A stretch of 64,000 nt of DNA from positions 452-64,451 of the forward strand of contig DAONEM010000007.1 in NCBI GenBank assembly GCA_035403085.1. Reading direction: 5' to 3'. The notes below the pieces were generated by a model. The model was given only the letters and a program-made list of their open reading frames with translations, did no database searches and was not told the origin of the DNA. Shown in pieces: positions 1-8,438 of the stretch (position 1 is the stretch's first letter; each line of letters opens with the position of its first letter). The stretch is from Candidatus Aminicenantes bacterium (GTDB taxonomy: Bacteria > Acidobacteriota > Aminicenantia > JAMOAD01). The position numbers and the translations under genes are program-made.

Positions 1-2014
1 GGCTTCCGATCCGCTCATCTTCCGTCCCTTCCTTGATCTTCCCTTTCACAAGCTCGATGTAGTTGTCGCAGAGGTCCTTCCAGAAGAAGGTCTCCAACGT
101 GGAGAGGGCCAGTCCGTACTCGTACTTCTCCATGTATTGGGTCGTTCCCTCCACGAGCTGGTCGAGCCGGGCGAGGATCCAGAGGTCGATGAGGTTTCTC
201 TTTCCCGTTGTTCCGGGGCGGTAATTCTCCAGGTTCATGAGGGCGAACTTGGAGGCGTTCCAAAGCTTGGTGATCAGCCGTTTCCCGTTCTTGAGCACCT
301 CTTCGGAGAAAAAGGTGTCCATCCCCAACCTGGAACCGGCGGCCCAATAACGGACCGTGTCGGCGGTGTTGTTCTTGATGATCTGGGCGGGGGTGACGCC
401 GGCGTTTCCCTTGGACTTGGAGATTTTCTCCCTGTTCTGGGCCAGGCTGTGGCCTGAGATCATGATGTTCTTCCAAGGGGCCTGCCCGTGGTGGTAGTAG
501 CTCTTCACGATTGTGTAGAAGGCCCAGGTACGGATGATGTCGTGGGCCTGAGGGCGGAGGCTCATGGGGAAGATCTTCTCCAAGCGGTCATCCCCCTCTC
601 CCCACCTACCGTTGATCTGGGGGGTCACCGAAGAGGTCGCCCAGGTGTCCATGACATCCGCCTCGGGGAGGAACTCCCGACCGCCGCAATGGGGGCAGGG
701 GTCCTTGGGAAGGGTCTGCAGGGGATCGACGGGAAGCTCCTCCTCCTTGGCCAGAACAACCTGGCCGCAGGATTTGCAGTACCAGAGGGGGAAGGGGACG
801 CCGTACTTCCTCTGACGGGAGATACACCAGTCCCACTTGAGATCCTTGACCCAGTTGACGTACCTCTCTTTCATGAAATCCGGGAACCAGTGGATCTTGT
901 CGCCCTGGGCGATGAGCTCCTCTTTCTTGTCCAGAATCTTGATAAACCACTGATCCTTGACGAGGAACTCAATCTCCTTACCGCACCGTTCATGAACGTT
1001 GACGGAATGGACGATCTCCTTGCGACCCCTCAAGAGGCCGGCGGCCTCCAGGTCGTCCTTGATCTTCGTCCGGGCCTCGCTCACCTTCAACCCCTGGTAG
1101 GGACCCGCCAGTTCGTTGAGCCGTCCGGCGCCGTCGATCACCTGGCGCAGGGGAAGGGAGTGGGTGTTGAACCACTCGATGTCGGTGGTGTCGCCGAAGG
1201 TGCAGCACATCACCGCACCGGTGCCCTTCTCGGGATCGACCTTTCCGTCGGTCAGGAGGGGAACCTCCCTGTCGAAGAGGGGCGAGCGAACGCTGTGTCC
1301 GTGGAGCTCCTTGTAACGGGGGTCGTCGGGGTGGACGAAGACCGCTACCAGGGCGGGGAGAAGCTCGGGGCGGGTCGTGGCGATGATCAACTCCCTTCCG
1401 TCATCGAGATGGAAGAGCAGGTCCACGAATTGGGAGGGGATCTCCTTGTCCTCGCTCTCCGCCTGGGCCACGGTGGTCCGGCAGAAGGGGCAGTAGAGCG
1501 CGGGCATGGCCTTCTTCTGGACCAAACCCTTCTTGTACAGGTCCAGGAAGGAGCGCTGAGAGATCCGCCGGGAGGAGGGCTCGATGGTGGAGTAGAGCTG
1601 ATCCCAATCCACGGAGAAGCCGAGGCTCTGCCAGAGCTCCTTGAATTGGGCCTCAATGTTCTTGGAAATCTCCAGACACTGGGAGATGAACTCCTCCCTG
1701 GGGAGGGAGGCGGCGGAGACTCCGAGCTGTTTCTCGACGAAGCGCTCCGTGGGAAGGCCGTTGTCGTCGAAGCCGAAGGGGTAGAAGATGTTGAACCCCT
1801 TCATGCGGAAGTAGCGGATCATGATCTCCGCTTGGGTGTAGGAGAAGACATGGCCGATGTGGATCTGTCCGGAAACCGTCGGCGGGGGGGTGTCGATGGA
1901 ATAGACAGGCTTTGACGAGTCCGGGTCGAACCTGTAGATTCCCTCCTCTTCCCACCTCTTCTGCCAGAGGCTTTCGGTCTCCAACCCGCCGTAATATTTA
2001 GGAAACTCTTCCAT
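1..2014 (-). CDS. valS: Valine--tRNA ligase (ValRS), N-terminal ~670 aa; 3' end lies beyond the window start
   Basis: Reverse-strand translation from the ATG at 2014-2012 gives one continuous frame with no stop down to position 1. The class I HIGH region reads PPPTVSGQIHIGHVFSYTQAEIMIRYFRMKG, matching the ValRS pattern PPPxVxGxxHxGH..RYxRMxG. It also has DWCISRQ and the KMSKS-like KISKSKGN. A GAGGAGAG RBS lies upstream of the ATG. The ORF track does not list it because it has no stop inside the window. Confidence 0.85.
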   Translation of the reverse strand, partial: MEEFPKYYGGLETESLWQKRWEEEGIYRFDPDSSKPVYSIDTPPPTVSGQIHIGHVFSYTQAEIMIRYFRMKGFNIFYPFGFDDNGLPTERFVEKQLGVSAASLPREEFISQCLEISKNIEAQFKELWQSLGFSVDWDQLYSTIEPSSRRISQRSFLDLYKKGLVQKKAMPALYCPFCRTTVAQAESEDKEIPSQFVDLLFHLDDGRELIIATTRPELLPALVAVFVHPDDPRYKELHGHSVRSPLFDREVPLLTDGKVDPEKGTGAVMCCTFGDTTDIEWFNTHSLPLRQVIDGAGRLNELAGPYQGLKVSEARTKIKDDLEAAGLLRGRKEIVHSVNVHERCGKEIEFLVKDQWFIKILDKKEELIAQGDKIHWFPDFMKERYVNWVKDLKWDWCISRQRKYGVPFPLWYCKSCGQVVLAKEEELPVDPLQTLPKDPCPHCGGREFLPEADVMDTWATSSVTPQINGRWGEGDDRLEKIFPMSLRPQAHDIIRTWAFYTIVKSYYHHGQAPWKNIMISGHSLAQNREKISKSKGNAGVTPAQIIKNNTADTVRYWAAGSRLGMDTFFSEEVLKNGKRLITKLWNASKFALMNLENYRPGTTGKRNLIDLWILARLDQLVEGTTQYMEKYEYGLALSTLETFFWKDLCDNYIELVKGKIKEGTEDERIGS

Positions 2015-2341
2015 GATCTCTCCTCTCTCCTGACCCTGGAGGGCCGGAGAATTAAAGCCTAATTTTACACGGAAAGGGGCGATAATTCAAGGTTTCTGGC
2101 AGGGGTCCAGAGGGAATGCCGTGGCGGCGAAGAGTCCCGGGGGACTCCTGATCGTTGAAAAAGCAGAGAAAAACCATGACAAGGGAGGGGGATCCTCTGC
2201 TAAACTCTCTCTTAAAACATCTCTGAGTGGATGTACGAACCCGGAAGGGGACGATCTCGAAGGCGAAAAGGGCCTTAGTGGGATTGTGAGACACTCCTTT
2301 CCGGAACGAGCAGCCACAGCCAGAGCGAAGGGAGAGACTCT

Positions 2342-3079
2342 ATGACAAAAAGGCGGGCCCTTTTCAAGGTATGCTTTTATCTTCTTCCTTTCTTTGCTCT
2401 TCTTGGGGCACAAGAGCGGCAAATCCGTATTTACGGCAGAGTGACAGACTTCTCAGGCAATCCCATCGAAGGGGCCGAAGTGGCGGTGAAAACAAGGACG
2501 TTTCAAGATGCAGGGAAGACCCTTTCCGGCAAGGGAGGGTATTATTCCATCCTTCTCCCCCAAGGGGGAACCTATATGAGCCTCTTTGCCTGCAAAGATT
2601 ATGCTACAAAGAAGCTAGAGTATTGGGCGTGGAATCTCCCTGCCCAGAGCGATAGAGAGATTAACCCTCGTTTCGACCGTCTCGAGGTTTATGCTCTGAA
2701 CGCATGGGTTCCGCAGGGAGCCTACCCATCTTTGCAGATCTACTTTCGTCCCATGAGCCTTGAAAAGGCAAAGGCCGCAATCCAAGCCTCAGGAGGGAAA
2801 GAGCTGTCAAAGATTCCCAACCTTGACCTTTGTCCGGAAGTGAAACCGGAAGGGTTGCAAATAAAGGTTAACGGGCAAGAAGCGGCTCTCATGGCCCTTT
2901 CCCCCGTAGTGGAGGCGGTGGGGAACGGGAAGCTCGTGAAGGCGTTCCTGCTTCAAGTGGAGCTTCCCAAGGGCGTAGACCCCTGGAAAGAGACAGAGGT
3001 TACCGTTACCCTCTACGACAAGACCACAGGGGAAAAGGGAGAGGCGACCCTCTTCTTGCCGAACCGTTCACTCCTTTAA
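2342..3079 (+). CDS. Secreted hypothetical protein with an N-terminal carboxypeptidase-regulatory-like beta-sandwich segment
   Basis: Hydrophobic signal peptide (LFKVCFYLLPFFALLGAQE). The YGRVTDFSGNPIEGAEVAVK motif resembles CarbopepD_reg domains. Codon usage is clearly more A/T-ending (caa, gaa, aaa, tat, gat, att) than the neighbouring genes. Confidence 0.55.
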   Translation: MTKRRALFKVCFYLLPFFALLGAQERQIRIYGRVTDFSGNPIEGAEVAVKTRTFQDAGKTLSGKGGYYSILLPQGGTYMSLFACKDYATKKLEYWAWNLPAQSDREINPRFDRLEVYALNAWVPQGAYPSLQIYFRPMSLEKAKAAIQASGGKELSKIPNLDLCPEVKPEGLQIKVNGQEAALMALSPVVEAVGNGKLVKAFLLQVELPKGVDPWKETEVTVTLYDKTTGEKGEATLFLPNRSLL

Positions 3080-3573
3080 AGATCCGTCGTGAGAAGCTCT
3101 ATCTCCTCCTGATAGTCGGGGAAGAGTCTCTTCAACTCTTCTCGCTTCCCCAGATCGAACCCTTTAGGTGAGAAGCCCGGGGAGACGGTGGTGGTCAAGA
3201 GGGCGTACTCCCCTCCCGGAACCAGGGAGAACCCCTGCCATGTCTGCCGGGGAACGATAACATGGAAGAGGGTCTTGGTGGAGAGACCCTTACCCAAGTG
3301 GAGGATCTCCCCTCTCCCAGAAGGTGTCAGCAAGAGCATCTTCACAGGGTCTCCCAGGAGGAAGGTGTAGACCTCATCGCTGTCTAACCTGTGGAGCCGT
3401 GAGAGGGTGTTGGGGGTCAGGAGGTAGAGAATCGTTGTTGACAGGTTTCGGCCGCTCAGGAGCGTATCGGCGGAACGATAGGTCTCCCTGTAGTATCCCC
3501 CCTCAGGAAAGAGCGGCTCCAGTTCAAGGTTGACAATAATCTCCGAGACTTTGGAATTTTCCCTGAACACCAT
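3076..3573 (-). CDS. Cupin superfamily protein (DUF985/YML079-like)
   Basis: 165 aa. The HRLDSDEVYTFLLGDPVKMLLL..GEYALL pattern is typical of DUF985 cupins. Its stop overlaps the stop of the upstream plus-strand gene (convergent). Confidence 0.55.
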   Translation of the reverse strand: MVFRENSKVSEIIVNLELEPLFPEGGYYRETYRSADTLLSGRNLSTTILYLLTPNTLSRLHRLDSDEVYTFLLGDPVKMLLLTPSGRGEILHLGKGLSTKTLFHVIVPRQTWQGFSLVPGGEYALLTTTVSPGFSPKGFDLGKREELKRLFPDYQEEIELLTTDL

Positions 3574-3613
3574 GGTTCGATTCTACAACGAATCGGGAGA
3601 GAAGCACAGATTC

Positions 3614-3642
3614 TTGAAATATTCGCTGTTTTCGCCCATAAT
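3614..3642 (+). promoter_or_regulatory. Sigma-70-like promoter TTGAAA-17-CATAAT ending directly at the MerR-like ORF
   Basis: TTGAAA at 3614-3619, a 17-nt spacer, then CATAAT at 3637-3642. The predicted TSS falls near 3649, which coincides with the second in-frame ATG (3649-3651), implying a leaderless mRNA. Confidence 0.45.
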
Positions 3643-4062
3643 ATGGGGATGGTCTCGGAACGGATTCCCGATAAACTCTTCTTCAAAGAGGCGGAGGTCG
3701 TCAAGCTGATCAAGGTCTCTTCGAGGGTCCTTCAGCTCTGGGCCTCCAGGATCCCCGACCTCTCCGTACAGACCGACGCCAAAGGTGGCTCCCTCTACAA
3801 GAAGGAGGAGGTTCTCCTCTTCCAGCGGGTGAAAGCGGCGATTCAAGGGGAGGGGAAGAGTCTTGAGGAGGCTTTGAAATCGGCTCTCTCCGGAGATCCC
3901 CTGCCTCCGGCGGAAGAGCCCGAAAGCGAACCGGAGAGGAGAGAAGAAGAGAGAGAGGCGCGAGCCGGTTCCCCTTCCCCGGCCCCTGTGCAGAGAGGAG
4001 GGGAGCTGATCGGAGAGGTCCGTGAGGAGCTTGAAAAGCTCTTGACCTACCTCAGAAAATAG
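3643..4062 (+). CDS. Small MerR-like HTH protein with an E/R-rich low-complexity tail; the true start may be the ATG at 3649
   Basis: The N-terminus KLFFKEAEVVKLIKVSSRVLQLWASRIPDL..GGSLYKKEEVLLFQRVKAAI resembles a MerR-type HTH plus wing. The overlapping antisense ORF 3583-4113 is Arg-rich and looks like noise. Confidence 0.4.
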   Translation: MGMVSERIPDKLFFKEAEVVKLIKVSSRVLQLWASRIPDLSVQTDAKGGSLYKKEEVLLFQRVKAAIQGEGKSLEEALKSALSGDPLPPAEEPESEPERREEEREARAGSPSPAPVQRGGELIGEVREELEKLLTYLRK

Positions 4063-4085
4063 GGTATAAAAGAACCTCAATTGAT

Positions 4086-4159
4086 CGGGACGTAGCGCAG
4101 CCTGGTAGCGCACACGCTTGGGGTGCGTGGAGTCGGTGGTTCAAATCCACTCGTCCCGA
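4086..4159 (+). tRNA. tRNA-Pro (anticodon GGG)
   Basis: Manual cloverleaf: acceptor CGGGACG/CGTCCCG with the C1:G72 pair typical of bacterial tRNA-Pro, D-stem GCGC/GCGC, anticodon stem CACGC/GCGTG, loop TTGGGGT giving anticodon GGG with G37, T-arm GGTGG-TTCAAAT-CCACT, discriminator A. CCA is not encoded. Confidence 0.85.
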
Positions 4160-4183
4160 TTTTTCTTCTCTCCGGAGGTTCCC

Positions 4184-4942
4184 TTGCCCCTCATTCTTCT
4201 TACCAACGACGATTCAATCTTCTCTCCGGGGCTGAAAGCTTTGGAAGAGGCCCTCTCCGGGCTGGGAGACCTCTATGTAGTCGCTCCGGATACCGAAAAG
4301 AGCGCCGTCTCCTTCACTTTGACGATTCAGCAGCCTCTCCGGGTCAACCGCCTCGACCAACGGCACTTTGCCGTCTCCGGAACCCCTACCGACTGCGCCT
4401 ACCTGGGAATCAAGACCCTTCTTCCCAAGCGCCCGGACTTCGTCGTCTCCGGGATCAACCTCGGAGCCAACCTCGGTGAGGACACGATCTATTCGGGAAC
4501 CGTGGCAGGGGCCTTCCAATCTTCGCTCCTGGGGGTTCCCGCCCTCGCGGTCTCGGCCATCGAGAACCGAGAGGGGGAGTACGATTTTACCGCGGCTTCG
4601 AGGATCGTTCGAAAGCTGATCCCCTTCCTCCTGGACCACCCCCTCGAGGAGGGGAAGATCCTCTCCGTCAACGTCCCCTTCCGTCCTAAAGGGGTCCTCT
4701 TCTCGAAACTCGGCCACAAGCGGTACGATTCTGAGATCGTCGAGAAGGTTGATCCCCGAGGGAAACCCTACTACTGGATCGGTCCCGGCCATATCCGGAC
4801 CTTCGGAGAGGAGGAGAGCGATGTGAAGACCGTGGAAAAGGGGTACGCCTCGGTGGCCCCCCTCTCCTTGGACTTCTGCGACGAACGTCTCTACGGGGAC
4901 CTGAAAAAGGGAGAGGAGAACCTACTGGCCACCCTCTTCTGA
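4184..4942 (+). CDS. surE: 5'/3'-nucleotidase SurE
   Basis: ILLTNDDSIFSPGLKALEEAL..VVAPDTEKSAVSFTLT..PLR is the SurE signature. The ORF track starts at 4118, inside the tRNA; an in-frame TTG at 4184 preceded by GGAGG (4174-4178) is the likely start. Confidence 0.85.
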   Translation: MPLILLTNDDSIFSPGLKALEEALSGLGDLYVVAPDTEKSAVSFTLTIQQPLRVNRLDQRHFAVSGTPTDCAYLGIKTLLPKRPDFVVSGINLGANLGEDTIYSGTVAGAFQSSLLGVPALAVSAIENREGEYDFTAASRIVRKLIPFLLDHPLEEGKILSVNVPFRPKGVLFSKLGHKRYDSEIVEKVDPRGKPYYWIGPGHIRTFGEEESDVKTVEKGYASVAPLSLDFCDERLYGDLKKGEENLLATLF

Positions 4943-4951
4943 GAGAGCTCC

Positions 4952-7444
4952 GTGGAGAACATCGAGATCCGTAAGGCCCGACAGCACAACCTGAAGGGGG
5001 TTGACCTCGATATCCCCAGGGGACTCCTCACGGTGATAACCGGTGTCTCCGGCTCCGGGAAGAGTTCCCTCGCCTTCGATACCCTCTATGCCGAGGGGCA
5101 ACGTCGCTACCTTGCCACCCTCTCCCTCTACGCCCGGCAGTTTATCCACCAGATGGAGAGGGCAGAGGTTGAGACCATCAAGGGCCTCTCCCCCACCCTT
5201 TCGGTGGAGCAGAAGACCATCGCCGCCAACCCCCGCTCCACGGTAGGTTCGGTTTCCGAGGTCTACGACTACCTCCGGCTCCTCTTCAGCCGGGTCGGCG
5301 AAGTGACCTGCCCTGAGTGCGGCGGAACCATTCATAGGATGGGAGAGGGAGAGCTCATGGAAGAGCTCATCAAAGGCTTCTCAGGAGAGAAGATCCGCCT
5401 CCTCGCCCCCCTGGCGGTTGAGGAGAAGGGGGAGTTCAAGAACGTGTTTCAGGAGCTTCTGAAGAAGGGGTTCCTACGGGTCAAGATCGACGGCGAGTGG
5501 AGGGAGATCGAGGGAGAGGAGCGCCTCGAAAAGAGGAAGAGCCACACTCTGTCGGTTCTCGTCGACTCACTGGTCGTCGATGCGACCAAACGGGAGCGTT
5601 TGGCCGCCTCCCTAGCCCGGGCCGCAGAGCTGACCCCACGGGGGGTAATTCTCGAAAAGGATGGGCGGGAAACCTTCTTTTCGACTCGCTACTATTGTCC
5701 CCGGTGCTCTCTCTCCCTGCAGGAACCCGAACCACGGCTCTTCTCCTACAACTCCCCCTTCGGGCAGTGTCCCCAGTGCTTTGGCTTGGGACGGGTCTTC
5801 CTCTCCGCGTACGACGAGATCGGGAAGCTCTGTCCGAAGTGCCATGGCCTGAGACTCAACGCCCACGCCCTCTCGGTGACCCTGGAGGGAGACTCCATCG
5901 CCGCTTGGGCGACCCTTCCCCTGACACGGCTCCACCGGAGGCTGGAGGAGCTCAAGCTTGTGGGGAAGCGGGGGACCATCGTCGAAGCGATCCTCCCGGA
6001 GCTTCTCCCCAGGCTGAGGCTCATGGAGGATCTCTCCTTGGGGTATCTGACCCTCTTCAGGCCTGTGGAGACCCTCTCCGGAGGTGAGGCCCAGAGGATC
6101 CGTCTGGCTTCACAGTTGGGGGCGAAGCTCAGAGGTATCGTCTACGTCCTGGACGAGCCGAGCATAGGCCTTCATCCCATGGACCACCGGAAGGTGATCG
6201 GCGTCTTGAGAGAGCTTCAGAGGCAGGGGAACACGGTGGTGGTGGTGGAGCACGACGAGGCCACGATACGGGAGGCCGATTACGTCGTCGATCTCGGACC
6301 CGGCGGAGGTGAGAGGGGGGGGAGAGTCGTCTTCGCCGGTAGCAAACGGGAGTTTCTAGAGGCGGAGACCCTGACGGCCAAGTACATGAGGGGCGAGGAG
6401 AGGGCCTTCTTGGACGGGAAGAGGAAGAGGCCGGAAGGGTGGCTCAAGATGAGGGGGGCGCGCAGGCACAACCTCGCCTCTCTGGATGTTCCTATCCCCT
6501 TGGGGGTCCTTCTCTGTATCACCGGCGTCTCCGGCTCCGGGAAGAGCACCTTGGCCCTGGAGTTGCTTCAGGAAGGGCTCAGAAGGTCTCTCGCCACTCC
6601 GGACAAACCCTTGAACATGGAGGGGCTCGACTCCCTAGAGGGCACCGAGGCCCTCTCCAGGGTTCTGGTGGTCGATCAGAAACCCATAGGGAGGAACATC
6701 CGTTCCACGCCGGCAACCTACGCCAAGATCTTCGACGAGATCCGGGATCTCTTCTCCCTCCTCCCCGAGGCCAGGAGCCGAGGCTTCGATTCGGCGGTCT
6801 TCTCCTACAATACCTCCCAAGGGAAGTGCTCCCTCTGCGAAGGAAAGGGGATCGTCAAGGTCGAACTGGGCCTTCTTCCCCCGGTCTATCTGAAGTGTGA
6901 GGAGTGCGGAGGGAAGAGGTACGACGAAGAGGTTCTCCAGGTTCTCTACAAGGGAAAGAGCATTGCCGACATCCTGGACATGACCGTAGAGGAGGCTTTG
7001 GAGCACTTCAAGGCCAACCCGAGGCTCGAAAGCCGCCTCCGTTTCCTCCAGGAGATCGGACTCGACTACCTCCGGTTGGGGCAGCCGACGCCCCACCTCT
7101 CCGGAGGGGAGGCTCAGAGGATCAAGCTGGCCAGGGAGTTGGGGAAGGGGGGAAGGGAACGCACCCTCTACCTTCTCGACGAACCTACCGTGGGGCTCCA
7201 CTTCCACGATGTCCGCAAGCTCCTCCTCTCGCTTCGCAAGTTCACGGACCGGGGCGACACGGTTCTGCTGATCGAGCACAACCCCGACGTGATCTTCTCT
7301 TCCGATTACGTGATCGACCTGGGCCCGGGAGGAGGAGACCAAGGGGGGAAGATCGTCGCCTGCGGAACCCCCGAGGAGGTCGCGGGAGTCGAGGAATCCC
7401 TCACGGGAAAGGTCTTGAGAGAGGTGTTTCATGGGGTACGGTAG
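4952..7444 (+). CDS. uvrA: UvrA-family excinuclease ABC subunit A, 830 aa, apparently lacking the insertion domain
   Basis: GTG start. The N-terminus is close to E. coli UvrA (NLKGVDLDIPRGLLTVITGVSGSGKSSLAFDTLYAEGQRRY). It has two ABC modules (two Walker A, two LSGGEAQRI signatures) and three Zn modules. Only about 13 aa separate QCPQCFGLG from CPKCHGLRL, where canonical UvrA has roughly 110 aa. Confidence 0.85.
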   Translation: MENIEIRKARQHNLKGVDLDIPRGLLTVITGVSGSGKSSLAFDTLYAEGQRRYLATLSLYARQFIHQMERAEVETIKGLSPTLSVEQKTIAANPRSTVGSVSEVYDYLRLLFSRVGEVTCPECGGTIHRMGEGELMEELIKGFSGEKIRLLAPLAVEEKGEFKNVFQELLKKGFLRVKIDGEWREIEGEERLEKRKSHTLSVLVDSLVVDATKRERLAASLARAAELTPRGVILEKDGRETFFSTRYYCPRCSLSLQEPEPRLFSYNSPFGQCPQCFGLGRVFLSAYDEIGKLCPKCHGLRLNAHALSVTLEGDSIAAWATLPLTRLHRRLEELKLVGKRGTIVEAILPELLPRLRLMEDLSLGYLTLFRPVETLSGGEAQRIRLASQLGAKLRGIVYVLDEPSIGLHPMDHRKVIGVLRELQRQGNTVVVVEHDEATIREADYVVDLGPGGGERGGRVVFAGSKREFLEAETLTAKYMRGEERAFLDGKRKRPEGWLKMRGARRHNLASLDVPIPLGVLLCITGVSGSGKSTLALELLQEGLRRSLATPDKPLNMEGLDSLEGTEALSRVLVVDQKPIGRNIRSTPATYAKIFDEIRDLFSLLPEARSRGFDSAVFSYNTSQGKCSLCEGKGIVKVELGLLPPVYLKCEECGGKRYDEEVLQVLYKGKSIADILDMTVEEALEHFKANPRLESRLRFLQEIGLDYLRLGQPTPHLSGGEAQRIKLARELGKGGRERTLYLLDEPTVGLHFHDVRKLLLSLRKFTDRGDTVLLIEHNPDVIFSSDYVIDLGPGGGDQGGKIVACGTPEEVAGVEESLTGKVLREVFHGVR

Positions 7445-8372
7445 TTTTCCTGGAAACGAAAAGGTGAAAGAGCTTCTCAAGAAGATGACGCTCTCCCAGA
7501 CCCTTCCCCAGGCCCTACTGCTCAAGGGGGAGCGACTCACTTTCAAGGAGGAGATCGCCCAGGAGCTGGCCAGGGCGCTTCTCTGCAGTCAAGGGGCCGA
7601 AGAGGCCTGCGGTGTCTGCCCCCTCTGCCGTCTCTTCGGCCGAGACGAAGAGGGGAGGCCCTTGACGCCTCCGGACATGCTGATCCTCGACCCACCCGGC
7701 GATCTGATCAAAATCGACGAGGTTCGAGAGGCCATACGCTTCATCGGGGCGCACCCCATGGTGGCTCCCAAGAAGGTTGTGGTGATCTCCGACATGGACA
7801 GGATGAACCAGGAGGCCCAGAACGCTTTCCTGAAGGTTCTGGAAGAGCCCCACCCCTATGTGAACTACATCATGACCACCGGAAGGATCGACACCCTTCT
7901 GCCGACGATTCTCTCCCGAAGCCAGGTTTTCTCCCTCCAGGAGCCGAAGGAGAGGGACCTTCTGGACTACTTCGGCCTTCCCGGGAGGGAGGAGTTGGTC
8001 CTTCTGAGGGAGAGAGGTCTTCGCTGGTCGGAGATCCCCGAAGGGGAGAAGATCCTCTTCTCGCGGATGCGGGAGTGCATGGACCCTCTGTTTGCCGGGG
8101 GTAGAGGCTCGGCGGTGGCGGCGGTGAAGCTGAAGGAGCTCTGGGAAGAGGCGGGGAGGGAGGAGAGCAAGAGGGTCCTGCGCCTCCTTCTCTCCCTGGC
8201 CATGGAGAGGGGGCGCTCTCTCCTCGCCGAGGTGGTGAAGGAGAGGGGGAAGGAGCCCTGGCAGAGAGAGGTCAGGGAGCTTCTTCTGAAGACGGAGGCG
8301 ATCTACCGGGAGAGCTTCTCCAATGCCTCTGCAGAGGTCCTTCTGGCCGCGTTCCTTTCCTCCTTTCTCTGA
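7431..8372 (+). CDS. holB: DNA polymerase III delta-prime subunit
   Basis: Motifs NAFLKVLEEP and TILSRSQ. There is no Walker A P-loop, as expected for delta-prime. It overlaps the uvrA stop by 14 nt. An alternative start is ATG at 7485 (MTLSQ...). Confidence 0.7.
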   Translation: MGYGSFPGNEKVKELLKKMTLSQTLPQALLLKGERLTFKEEIAQELARALLCSQGAEEACGVCPLCRLFGRDEEGRPLTPPDMLILDPPGDLIKIDEVREAIRFIGAHPMVAPKKVVVISDMDRMNQEAQNAFLKVLEEPHPYVNYIMTTGRIDTLLPTILSRSQVFSLQEPKERDLLDYFGLPGREELVLLRERGLRWSEIPEGEKILFSRMRECMDPLFAGGRGSAVAAVKLKELWEEAGREESKRVLRLLLSLAMERGRSLLAEVVKERGKEPWQREVRELLLKTEAIYRESFSNASAEVLLAAFLSSFL

Positions 8373-8401
8373 GTGAGGTTTTCTTTCCCTCCCCCCTAGG
8401 G

Positions 8402-8407
8402 TATAAT
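8402..8407 (+). promoter_or_regulatory. TATAAT -10 box upstream of the PSP1-domain gene
   Basis: gggTATAATcaatc lies 31 nt upstream of ATG 8439. The -35 is weak (ttttct). Confidence 0.3.
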
Positions 8408-8438
8408 CAATCTGGGTCGGAGGATCCCAAACCTGAAG

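Noticed and set aside
2015-2341. The 327-bp leader upstream of valS could in principle be a T-box riboswitch
   Set aside because: I found no T-box core (AATTAGGGTGGNACCGCG) or antiterminator complement on the valS-sense strand. The region looks like a plain promoter and RBS (GAGGAGAG). The organism also appears to be a diderm, where T-boxes are rare.
4086-4159. Integration island at tRNA-Pro
   Set aside because: There is no integrase, no IS, and no direct repeat of the tRNA 3' end in the flanking 2 kb. Only the codon-usage anomaly remains, and that is reported separately.
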